From NCBI GenBank assembly GCA_016839815.1, contig JAEOTM010000043.1, forward strand, positions 1 through 50,914: a stretch of 50,914 nucleotides of DNA, in the 5' to 3' direction. Positions 10,533 to 19,180 of the stretch are shown here, piece after piece; the first letter of the stretch is position 1; every line of letters starts with the position of its first letter. The position numbers and the translations under genes were made by a program. This stretch comes from Candidatus Hodarchaeota archaeon (GTDB taxonomy: Archaea; Asgardarchaeota; Heimdallarchaeia; Hodarchaeales; Hodarchaeaceae). Below the pieces are notes generated by a model. The model was not told where the DNA came from and ran no database searches. It worked only from the letters and a program-made list of their open reading frames with translations.

Positions 10533-10920
10533 AAAATTCTTCAAGATAATAGCAATAACCGAAACCAATAAGAAAACCAATTAGCATAAGAGGCGATGTT
10601 ATAGCAAAGAGAGGATATTCAACTTCTCCTAGTAAGCTCCAAAATGCTCCTAGAATTCCGAAAACTAACCAGACTATTTCCATCTGCACAATAATCTTTA
10701 CTTTGTCCCAACTAGTTGTTAAATAGCCAAGAAGTGAGCTGGTTGCAATTCCAATAAATGCAGCTCCAAGTACACGGACGACATAGAGATCTTCGACTGG
10801 CCATTCAAAAAATTCCAATAAGGCTTCTGGAACGAAAAAATACCCTAGCCCAAAGGCTATTGCGACTATAAAGTGAATTAAAAATACATATTTTAAAATT
10901 TTAGAATATTCTTTATCCAT
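10531..10920 (-). CDS. Four-TM membrane protein (hypothetical)
   Basis: ATG at 10920 preceded by GGAGGT; MDKEYSKILKYVFLIHFIVA...RVLGAAFIG; four TM helices. Confidence 0.75.
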   Translation of the reverse strand: MDKEYSKILKYVFLIHFIVAIAFGLGYFFVPEALLEFFEWPVEDLYVVRVLGAAFIGIATSSLLGYLTTSWDKVKIIVQMEIVWLVFGILGAFWSLLGEVEYPLFAITSPLMLIGFLIGFGYCYYLEEF

Positions 10921-11200
10921 TTGATCAACCTCCAAACATGGGATGTTGTCTGAAACAGACACTCCATTTCTAGGGCCATTTACCTATAAATACTTGTCCC
11001 ACAGTTTCTGGTTAAATGCCTTTAACCGTAAAGGTGTTTTTTCTCTTTATGAGACGTGTATCGATAATTCTTGGTCATGATTTCACGAGAAAAGGTTAGT
11101 AAAGGAGTAACTTATGGATATCCTTTGAGAAAAGTCAATAGGAATTGTTATTTAGTGTCTAGTCGAATCTTTATGTTCTCAAATTTGTTTCTTGATTTAT

Positions 11201-11347
11201 TTATTTCTTCACTAAATAGCCGTGATGTTTTTCAGTTTTTGTACTGTGCATACAATTTACAATTTCCCATCCTTGCTCAAGATGTTCAACCATTGCTTCT
11301 TCAAATTTCCCTTTCTTTCTTTCTTCAATTACTTTAAATTCGGTCAT
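11201..11347 (-). CDS. Small 48-aa protein (DUF1737/DUF4177-like)
   Basis: Manual translation MTEFKVIEERKKGKFEEAMVEHLEQGWEIVNCMHSTKTEKHHGYLVKK*; F....L..GWE.V pattern; below ORF-track cutoff. Confidence 0.6.
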   Translation of the reverse strand: MTEFKVIEERKKGKFEEAMVEHLEQGWEIVNCMHSTKTEKHHGYLVKK

Positions 11348-11548
11348 CTAATCATCATCTCTATAGGTAGAATACTTGTACTTCCGCAACCTCCAAGGAT
11401 GCATTTAAATTTTTTATCCTAAATCAAAAATATTTCAAGAGAGGTTAATTTTTCTCATTAAGGACACTGAAGAATCAGGGTTAAATTTCAAACTATAAGG
11501 GGGATATTCTAATCCTTGTATATTCTGATATTGTACTCGTTTAATCGT

Positions 11549-11698
11549 TCAGAATTTCCTCCGCTTTAAGACTAAGATTGGAACAGCTATTAGCAAACAT
11601 ATAGCAGGTATAGGAGTAATTCTAACTCCTGGATCATCTGACGAACTAGAATCATCTGATTGAGTGGACTCTTCGGATTGACTTGATTCGTCTACAAT
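11549..11698 (-). pseudogene. Orphan 3' end of a surface-protein gene (Ser/Asp linker, TM, basic tail) with no start codon
   Basis: IVDESSQSEESTQSDDSSSSDDPGVRITPIPAICLLIAVPILVLKRRKF*; in-frame TGA immediately upstream. Confidence 0.65.
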
Positions 11699-11877
11699 TC
11701 ACTTTGCCAGAGGCTGGGACTTGGTGGTTTGTTCTCAATAATAGAGGTTCACTAGTAACCCCAAAAACAGTTACAATCTCAATTACTGTGGCTTCCAGCG
11801 CTCCTGGATTTGAGTTGACTTTGCTCCCCTTACTGATTGTAACAATAGTTTTTTACAGAAAGAAACGAAGAAATTAG
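11683..11877 (+). pseudogene. Orphan 3' end of a surface protein with PGF-CTERM-like sorting signal
   Basis: FTLPEAGTWWFVLNN...TVTISITVASSAPGFELTLLPLLIVTIVFYRKKRRN*: half of a beta-sandwich, PGF motif, TM, basic tail; no signal peptide. Confidence 0.65.
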
Positions 11878-12030
11878 TTTTCTCTTCCTTGTAACAACAA
11901 ATTAAATTACTAGAAGGGAAAAAGATAGAGCAGTTAACATCACAATAAGTATTACAAGGATCATGAGGAAGAGAGTCGTGGAGTAATTTCTGGGTTCAAT
12001 CTCATTGAACCTTATTACTTCTTGATATCA

Positions 12031-12070
12031 TATATACCAAAAATAATATATACCAAAAAGGGTATATATT
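12031..12070 (+). promoter_or_regulatory. Probable ArsR operator
   Basis: Perfect inverted repeat AATATATACC-N6-GGTATATATT (12045-12070), 14 nt before the arsM ATG, plus an extra half-site TATATACCAAAAA at 12031. Confidence 0.7.
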
Positions 12071-12084
12071 TCTAATGAGTAAAA

Positions 12085-12828
12085 ATGGAAATTCAAGAAG
12101 AAACAATACAGAAATCATATTCTAATGCTTTGAAACAAAGAAAGTCTAGCACCCCGTCGTCATGTTGTTCACCACAGACTCAATCCCAGAGTTGTTGTCC
12201 TTCTTCAACAGTGTTAGAAGCGGGAGAACCTGTTTCATTCGGATGTATATATCTAAAACCGATTCTTAGGGATTATCTTGAGGAAGGAATGACGGTTATT
12301 GATTTAGGATCAGGTGCGGGTCATGATCTCATGACCGCAGCAGATTTAGTAGGACCTACTGGTAAAGCTGTTGGTGTCGATTTTACTGATGATATGATTC
12401 AAGAAGCAACAGAGAATGCCCAAAAAAATAATTTGACTAATGTTACCTTAGTGAAAGCGAATATTAAAGACATTCCTCTTCCTGATAACAGTGCAGATGT
12501 AGTTATTAGTAATTGTGTAATCAATCTTGCCTTAGATAAATCTCAGGTATTCAATGAGGTGTTCAGACTATTAAAACCTGGTGGGATTATGATAGATGCA
12601 GATGTCATTGCGACTCAACCTTTAAGTCGTGAAATTAAAGAAGATTCTGACCTGTGGTGTAGTTGTGTTGGTGGGGCACTTACTAAGACTGAACATGAAG
12701 AAATATTACATGAAATAGGATTCACAAATATTTCTGTTAAACTTGGGAATAAAGATTCCGTACAGTTTGATGTGCCAGAATTGGCCATCGAATCTGGGAT
12801 AATTTTTGCTTCAAAACCAATCGCGTGA
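12085..12828 (+). CDS. arsM: Arsenite S-adenosylmethyltransferase
   Basis: N-terminal CC pairs, SFGC, VIDLGSGAGHD, VGPTGKAVGVD, VISNCVINL, WCSCVGGAL; overlaps arsR. Confidence 0.88.
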   Translation: MEIQEETIQKSYSNALKQRKSSTPSSCCSPQTQSQSCCPSSTVLEAGEPVSFGCIYLKPILRDYLEEGMTVIDLGSGAGHDLMTAADLVGPTGKAVGVDFTDDMIQEATENAQKNNLTNVTLVKANIKDIPLPDNSADVVISNCVINLALDKSQVFNEVFRLLKPGGIMIDADVIATQPLSREIKEDSDLWCSCVGGALTKTEHEEILHEIGFTNISVKLGNKDSVQFDVPELAIESGIIFASKPIA

Positions 12829-13241
12829 TTAGAATGCAATATTCTTGCTGTGATCTAACCTCGAAGGAAATAGATAAACTCGCCAACTCTGAGCTTCCCG
12901 ATGTCGATGGGATTCGCGTTTTAAAAACTATTGCTCACCCCTTGCGATTAAAAATTCTACGCTTGCTCTTAAATCAGCAAGAATTATGTACTTGTGATCT
13001 AACTTCGGTGTTTAATGAACAACAACCAATTATCACCAAACAGTTAGCCAAGCTAAAGACAGAAGGTTTGATAATTGGTCGAAAGATAACTTTTAACAAA
13101 GACGGTATGATAACCTCAAAATCAAATGGTAAATGGACTGCTTATCGGATCAATCCCGATAAGTTTGAAATTCTTAACCATTTCCTTTCCCCGTTTATTT
13201 CTTCTCCACGAGAGAGAGAAGAAGGTGAATACAACTGCTAA
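12825..13241 (+). CDS. arsR: ArsR/SmtB family metalloregulator
   Basis: LKTIAHPLRLKIL, ELCTCDL metal box, GKWTAYRI wing; GTGA overlap with arsM. Confidence 0.88.
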   Translation: MIRMQYSCCDLTSKEIDKLANSELPDVDGIRVLKTIAHPLRLKILRLLLNQQELCTCDLTSVFNEQQPIITKQLAKLKTEGLIIGRKITFNKDGMITSKSNGKWTAYRINPDKFEILNHFLSPFISSPREREEGEYNC

Positions 13242-13314
13242 ACCAAGTATGATATATATCTACAACTCCTACTTCAAAGTGATCTGATTTTATTTAATAT
13301 TCACGTGAATTATA

Positions 13315-14094
13315 ATGCCGATCAATTTTCACAATGTAGAAAATCGATTCTCATATTCAAACCGACAGGTTGACCCAGAATGGATTAAAAACATCTTAGC
13401 GATAGCAAATCCGCAGGGAAAACAAGTGCTAGACATCGGGTGTGGAGGAGGTCTTTATACAAGAGTATGGGCCCAGCTTGGGGCATCTAATGTTCTAGGA
13501 ATCGATTTCTCAGAGGTTATGATTCAAACCGCAAGAGATTTATCCGCGAATATTCCTAATATTTCTTTTTCTGTTGGAGATGCGACTTTGACGGGTTTAG
13601 ATGACAAATTAGCAGATATCATCTTTGAACGTGCTCTTATTCACCACGTTTCGGATATTTCAAGTTGTTTGAATGAAGCATTTAGATTACTAAAAACGGG
13701 TGGGATTTATATTGTTCAAGACCGGACTCCTGACGATATTGTTCCTCCTGCATCAGAAGAGCATATAAGAGGGTATTTTTTCGAAAAATTCCCCCATCTT
13801 TTAGAGTTTGAACATAAACGTCGTCCACATCTAAATAAAGTCAAGGAAGAACTGATTAAATCTGGTTTCAGTGATATTAGGACTTTTTCTTTTTGGGAAA
13901 CAAGGAAAATTTATCCGAGTATGGCAGATCTGACTACTGATTTACGTGAGCGAAAGGGTAGGTCAATTCTTCATGAGATTAATGATATTCAATTAGAAAA
14001 TTTGATCACATACATTTCCTCAAGTATTCGTTCCAAAGAAACAATCATCGAGAAAGATCGTTGGACAATATGGACTGCACTTAAGAGTCCATAA
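13315..14094 (+). CDS. Class I SAM-dependent methyltransferase
   Basis: VLDIGCGGG, GIDFS, GDA, RALIHH, RLLKTGG. Confidence 0.9.
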   Translation: MPINFHNVENRFSYSNRQVDPEWIKNILAIANPQGKQVLDIGCGGGLYTRVWAQLGASNVLGIDFSEVMIQTARDLSANIPNISFSVGDATLTGLDDKLADIIFERALIHHVSDISSCLNEAFRLLKTGGIYIVQDRTPDDIVPPASEEHIRGYFFEKFPHLLEFEHKRRPHLNKVKEELIKSGFSDIRTFSFWETRKIYPSMADLTTDLRERKGRSILHEINDIQLENLITYISSSIRSKETIIEKDRWTIWTALKSP

Positions 14095-14147
14095 TCAGTA
14101 AATAACAACGACAATTACTTATAGGATTACGATTCAAATACCAAATC

Positions 14148-14852
14148 ATGAATCCAACTGAGTTGGAACCATGGATAGAAAAACAAGTTCCAATGAAGTT
14201 GGTCGATCAGTTTAGAAATTTTCGTAAAGAACAATTAGTATTACAAAAACGCGTGATTCTTAAGGACCATCCTTCTTTAACAAAGATTACCCACGTTGCG
14301 GGATGTGATGTTTCATATTTTTCTTCTGGGGAGGCTTGTGCTGGAATAGTAGTTTTAGAAATCCCTAGTCTCAAGCTTGTAGAATATAGATTTCATTGTT
14401 ATTCACCTAAGATTGACTATATTCCCACATTTCTCGCTTTTAGAGAGGTTTCGGGGCTTGTTAAAGCCTATCAAAAATTGTTTAATAAGCCAGATCTTAT
14501 TGTGGTTGATGGAAATGGGATTCTTCACCCACATAAGGTAGGACTTGCCTCTCATCTTGGAGTTCTTTTGAATAAACCGACTATCGGGATTGCTAAGCGT
14601 CTTCTCCTAGGACATTTTGATGAGGAAATTCTAGTTAGAAATAGGAGTGCTCCAGTGATGTATAACAACCAAGAGCTCGGAACAGCAATAGTTACTGATC
14701 TCAATTCTAAACCAATTTTTATTTCACCTGGTCATCTCATCTCTATTCAAACAGCGACCTCCCTTATCTTACGTTATATATGTCAACGGTTACCTGAACC
14801 CATCAGATTAGCAGATAAATTAACTCGAGATACTGTGAAGGATTTAGAATAA
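14148..14852 (+). CDS. nfi: Endonuclease V (deoxyinosine 3' endonuclease)
   Basis: VAGCDVSY, YIPTFLAFRE, VDGNGILHP..GLASHLG, PTIGIAK, PIFISPGH, RLPEPIRLAD. Confidence 0.95.
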   Translation: MNPTELEPWIEKQVPMKLVDQFRNFRKEQLVLQKRVILKDHPSLTKITHVAGCDVSYFSSGEACAGIVVLEIPSLKLVEYRFHCYSPKIDYIPTFLAFREVSGLVKAYQKLFNKPDLIVVDGNGILHPHKVGLASHLGVLLNKPTIGIAKRLLLGHFDEEILVRNRSAPVMYNNQELGTAIVTDLNSKPIFISPGHLISIQTATSLILRYICQRLPEPIRLADKLTRDTVKDLE

Positions 14853-15007
14853 AACTTTCCTAAAGAAATTAACTACTCATTTCAATTCCCAATAATTTCC
14901 TTTTTTGCTAGATACATTTACGGTATTCCGAACAATAACAACTTATAGTGTGAGTATTTCTGTTTGATTATTCAGAAAAAATAACAATAGTTAAGAAGGA
15001 AAAAATC

Positions 15008-15352
15008 ATGGAAGATGTAGGAATTGAAATTCCCGTTCTAGATTTAGAAAAAGGGATAGAATTTTATGAGACTGTCTTCGGATGGACATTTGATCGTGAA
15101 AGAATGCCTAATCAAGGATGGGCTAATATCAATGGTTCAATTGGAATAAGTATTTTTCAAACAGAAAAAATCCGACCCAAAGGACTAAATATCGGGTTCC
15201 GAGTAGCAAATATTGACGAAACTCTGAAGAAAGTAATCTCAAAAGATGGGAAAGTTATCAAAGATAAGTTTCATTATGATAATTTTGGTAATGTGGCCAT
15301 TTTTCAGGATTGCTTTGGGACTGAACTCAGTCTTACCTCAAAATCCGCTTAG
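15008..15352 (+). CDS. VOC/glyoxalase family protein
   Basis: EIPVLDLEKGIEFYETVFGW...FRVANID...FQDCFGTEL. Confidence 0.88.
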   Translation: MEDVGIEIPVLDLEKGIEFYETVFGWTFDRERMPNQGWANINGSIGISIFQTEKIRPKGLNIGFRVANIDETLKKVISKDGKVIKDKFHYDNFGNVAIFQDCFGTELSLTSKSA

Positions 15353-15517
15353 AAGTAATTTCTAAGCCAAATTTTCTTTTTTATCCAAATAGTGGTTGGG
15401 ATTTTAAAAAAACTACCACTAATTGACATTATTTCTTCTTTCTGTCTTTCAAACTAATGTGTATTACTTGAAAAAAAGGGGAAAGTTAAGAATATCCGTA
15501 GATAATCTTTCTGCGTT

Positions 15518-15679
15518 TTAATAAGACCTTCGTGGTCTTCGTTTTCTATAACATTCTTGGCAGTAGACGGGTCTTGTTCCATCAGGTTTGAAAGGAACTT
15601 CCGTTTCTACTCCACAGTCAGCACAGGTTACTTTGTGCATTTCTCGTGGTCCACGATTGTATGAATTTCCAAAACTCAT
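15518..15679 (-). CDS. CxxC-x17-CxxC domain small zinc-binding protein (53 aa)
   Basis: Manual translation MSFGNSYNRGPREMHKVTCADCGVETEVPFKPDGTRPVYCQECYRKRRPRRSY*. Confidence 0.9.
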   Translation of the reverse strand: MSFGNSYNRGPREMHKVTCADCGVETEVPFKPDGTRPVYCQECYRKRRPRRSY

Positions 15680-16385
15680 AATATTCACATAGATTTTTGT
15701 GTTTAGTTTTCATACAGAAGAACGAGAAATCTCTGCTGGTGCTCCCAATAATAAAATTCCAACGTTTAAAATGGATAGATATCAAAGATAAAGGTAAAAA
15801 TTATACGATTGTAAAACTAGCCTATAAAATCAAATTCTAAGTAAATGAAAACCAAATTAACCAGCAAAATGAGCTCCTTATAAGAATATGGCTGAAGTTA
15901 TGCAATTTTTCCTTCTAATTGGATTTATTCTTAATTAAAACAGAAGGTTTGTTGAAGAAAACCGATATTTCAATGGATTAAATTGACAACAAGGAATACT
16001 TTGTTATTTTTGTTTACTCGAGACACTGTGAAAGGTTTGGAGTGATTAGTCTTTATTCAAAATGGAGATTTTGCTAGTATCCACACTTGTTTCTCATTTG
16101 TGTACTACTGTTAGAACACCTTTACTACAACTGTATTAACGTAAAAGGAGTGGTGGAGTTTAATACTGTCTTGAGGTTCTTAATATCCTCTGTATTATTG
16201 AGAATGAACCTAGATTTTGTCAGATTTGGAATAATGAGCTATAAGTACTATTACAATCAAAAGAGGAAGGATTTCTATCCAAGGAGAAAAATTAGCAGGT
16301 CTATTAAGGAAATATTCATCGAGAATTGAATCTGAGATCTGATAAATATACTCCCATTTTTGATCCCCATTCCACTAGTACTTCC

Positions 16386-17243
16386 CTACATCTCTCGAAT
16401 TCTTTTGATTAATTCTCCTGCTTCTTCCGTTCTTGCTAGAATTAAATCAGTTGATTCATTTACTTCGTCCGAATTCGAAAATGCTTTAATAGTAGTTCCA
16501 GCGCCTACAATGATTTGGAGAATATTACCAATTTTGTGTGAATAATCATCTTTCAAGATATTTTGTGTTTTAAGATATATACCTTGCTCTAAGTGTAAGA
16601 AGACCATTAAACCAAGTAACGTTACTGCTGCGACGGATGAATAGTACGCGATAATAGCTGTACTATCAGTACTCATGTATAGTCCATAACTATAGTCAGG
16701 AACACGAGGAACGATAAAAATATTTACTACAACGTAGCCTATCAAGAATATTGTTAAGAGGAGTATCAGTCCATAGCTGTATTGTACCATAATTTCAATT
16801 TCTCTGCGATTGGAATATACTTGGAAGAGAAAAATGATTATTATAAGAAATTGAAAGAATATTGAGAGATTTATGGCTATGGATACATCAAATAATAAGA
16901 ACACAATTAGAGGGGCAGTGATTATCACTAACAAGGCAGTAATCAAGATATGTTCTGGATAGCGTCTAAAATACATGGAAAGGCCTGTTATGAGTAAAAA
17001 AAGTCCGATATTAAGGAAGATTACATTTAATATCCGTAAGATGTCCACTATAGAGAGATCTTGAGTAAAAATAATACCAAAAGGTACAAATCCGGAGATT
17101 AGAAGGAATGCCCATCCTATAAGTTGTAAAGAGTGTCGATTATCCTTTGTTTTGTAGTACATATCAGAAGAGACAATTGTCCCTATGAAACGAGAGATTA
17201 TATTAATGATTAGCCCAAATACGACTAAGTCATGCATTTCCAA
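16386..17243 (-). CDS. Multi-TM sensor-like protein ending in an H-box (HisKA-like) helix pair, without an ATPase domain
   Basis: About 7 TM helices followed by DDYSHKIGNILQII...AGELIKRIREM*. Confidence 0.7.
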   Translation of the reverse strand: MEMHDLVVFGLIINIISRFIGTIVSSDMYYKTKDNRHSLQLIGWAFLLISGFVPFGIIFTQDLSIVDILRILNVIFLNIGLFLLITGLSMYFRRYPEHILITALLVIITAPLIVFLLFDVSIAINLSIFFQFLIIIIFLFQVYSNRREIEIMVQYSYGLILLLTIFLIGYVVVNIFIVPRVPDYSYGLYMSTDSTAIIAYYSSVAAVTLLGLMVFLHLEQGIYLKTQNILKDDYSHKIGNILQIIVGAGTTIKAFSNSDEVNESTDLILARTEEAGELIKRIREM

Positions 17244-17430
17244 AGTATACTTAGTTCCTTGTTTTTTACTAAAAGTAGGATGTTATTTTTCTCCTAGTCT
17301 TATGAAGTTTCTGAAATACAACAAACATCTACGTAAGACAGATTTGATTTCTAGAATCAATTCAGAATAGAATTACAGTATAGATAGAGAGTTGGTCCTT
17401 TAGTATGTGTATTAAAACCAGAATTCTTTA

Positions 17431-17904
17431 TCATTTCATTTTATGACGTACATAGAGAGATTGTAAGCGTAGTGCCTGCCCTATATGGGTTACTGTGTGC
17501 ATGATATTCAGGCCAATCCATTCCACTCTTGATATGGTGGTCTCAGGATTGAAAGGAAACACAATATGTTCTTTCAATTCTTCCTCTGACATTTGTTCAT
17601 TAATATCTCTAAGAACATTGAGTACTCGTTCATATAAGTCAATGTATTGGTTAGGGGGAGGCAAATCTCGATTCAAGTTGAGTTCTAGTGTTTTTTCGGT
17701 AATCTCTGGATGAAGGAGATTCATACTATACTTGTAAAGAGGGGTAAGGCCATGAATAAATACTTCAGCAGCAGTATTCTCACCTTCAAACAATGAATTT
17801 TCGAAAGATTCTTGAAAATTCTCTTTTCTTTCTAATAACACATTTTTAACATATCTGAGCTGCCTTTCCACAACTATTATCTGATCCATCTTATTCCTAT
17901 CCAC
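17431..17904 (-). CDS. DinB/YfiT-like four-helix metalloprotein
   Basis: TAAEVFIH...MHTVTHIGQ His triad pattern. Confidence 0.75.
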   Translation of the reverse strand: MDRNKMDQIIVVERQLRYVKNVLLERKENFQESFENSLFEGENTAAEVFIHGLTPLYKYSMNLLHPEITEKTLELNLNRDLPPPNQYIDLYERVLNVLRDINEQMSEEELKEHIVFPFNPETTISRVEWIGLNIMHTVTHIGQALRLQSLYVRHKMK

Positions 17905-17914
17905 TCAAACTTTC

Positions 17915-18943
17915 TTAGAGCTTTATGAGTTGGTACAGTCCATCCTTCTTCTGTAAATCCAGTACATCCCCCAAAACATGCTTAATTACTTTAAGATTTG
18001 TTTCAATATGTTCATACATTCGGTCGAAGGTATAAGATGACCCACTTGGTGCAAAGGCGAGGGGAAGTAACAATTGATCTGCCATCTGTTCATCTACAGT
18101 GGTCTGAACGGCTAATTCCTTTTTTGTCATAATTGCCGTATCTCTCCCTAGGTCTTCAGGAGAATCACTTTGACTTCCCACAAGGGCAAGCCCTTTCAGT
18201 GAATTACCTGTAAATCTAATAATACTACTACATGCAAACCCTGGATTGATTGAATCCGCATAACCCGCATATTCTTTATCAGCTTGTAATACTGACTTAA
18301 ATCCGCGTAACTGCTTCTCTGCTATTTGTTGTGTCTTGAGTGATGTTGATGCACTACTTATGACTTCAATTTCTCTCACTTCACCAGTAGTTAGAACTAC
18401 TTTGGTGAAGGGTACTGGTTCGATTAAGATTCTTCCTTTTGCTCCTCCTTGAGGATAAAAACCTGGTCTAACAAGTTGGATGTGCATGTGTACACCAAAT
18501 AATTTAAAAAGCGGTTTATTGACATTTAGTAGAACATCAAAATTTGGACTATGAGCAACATGGGTACCTCCCCCTTCAAACTCAAAAGCTAGAGGTTTTC
18601 TTGAAGCAAAGACATAGTTTGAGAGAATTTGGAGAATTAAGGATACAGCTGCAGCTGTAGGAATCTGGATTTTGGGTAAAATATTCATTGGAGGAGAATT
18701 TGGTCCAGGGGTGAGATAGATCTCTGAAGATCCTATAGTTGCCCCTAATAATTGACTGCCTGTGAGCTGGGCTAGAAAGGTTAATCCGGTTAGATGTTGG
18801 GTTTGTAATCCTTTTCGTCGTTCTCTAACTTGTCGTATATTTATAATACGTAGGGATTTTCCTAATGCTATAGCTAGTGGAACTCCTAGTCGAAGAACAG
18901 ACCCTCCACCAATAGTCCCATCAATTTCCACTATTTCACTCAT
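17915..18943 (-). CDS. rtcA: RNA 3'-terminal phosphate cyclase
   Basis: EIDGTIGGGSVLR, NIR...GLQTQH, GGTHV, RPGFYPQGG, VDEQMADQL, catalytic His in EHIETN. Confidence 0.92.
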   Translation of the reverse strand: MSEIVEIDGTIGGGSVLRLGVPLAIALGKSLRIINIRQVRERRKGLQTQHLTGLTFLAQLTGSQLLGATIGSSEIYLTPGPNSPPMNILPKIQIPTAAAVSLILQILSNYVFASRKPLAFEFEGGGTHVAHSPNFDVLLNVNKPLFKLFGVHMHIQLVRPGFYPQGGAKGRILIEPVPFTKVVLTTGEVREIEVISSASTSLKTQQIAEKQLRGFKSVLQADKEYAGYADSINPGFACSSIIRFTGNSLKGLALVGSQSDSPEDLGRDTAIMTKKELAVQTTVDEQMADQLLLPLAFAPSGSSYTFDRMYEHIETNLKVIKHVLGDVLDLQKKDGLYQLIKL

Positions 18944-19180
18944 CTAAAAGACCTATCTCCATAAATGTATGGTGGATTTAACTGATTTGAATTCATTATC
19001 AGGGATCGAATACATCTTCATAATAGCTTTTCTAACCTTTAAGGAACACAACACTGAAAATTTACTTGAAGTTAGTGTAGAAAAAGTAAATAGCTTTTCA
19101 GATGGAAGATCGAATACTATAAGAAGCTAAATATCTACTTAATCTCAATATACGAATCCAAATCAATAGTTGATCGAATT

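Noticed and set aside
11071-11422. Plus-strand ORFs 11071-11337 and 11222-11422
   Set aside because: Phe/Leu-rich shadows of the more protein-like 48-aa ORF on the minus strand
12085-13241. Selenocysteine recoding in arsM or other TGA-ending genes
   Set aside because: ArsM is full length with ordinary Cys codons, its TGA overlaps the arsR start, and no SECIS-like element was recognised
16087-16329. 80-aa ORF in the long intergenic gap
   Set aside because: TTG start, no motif, composition typical of random AT-rich sequence
17915-18100. RtcA inactive because VDEQMADQ lacks His
   Set aside because: The adenylated His corresponds to the later HxxTN motif, which is present (EHIETN)
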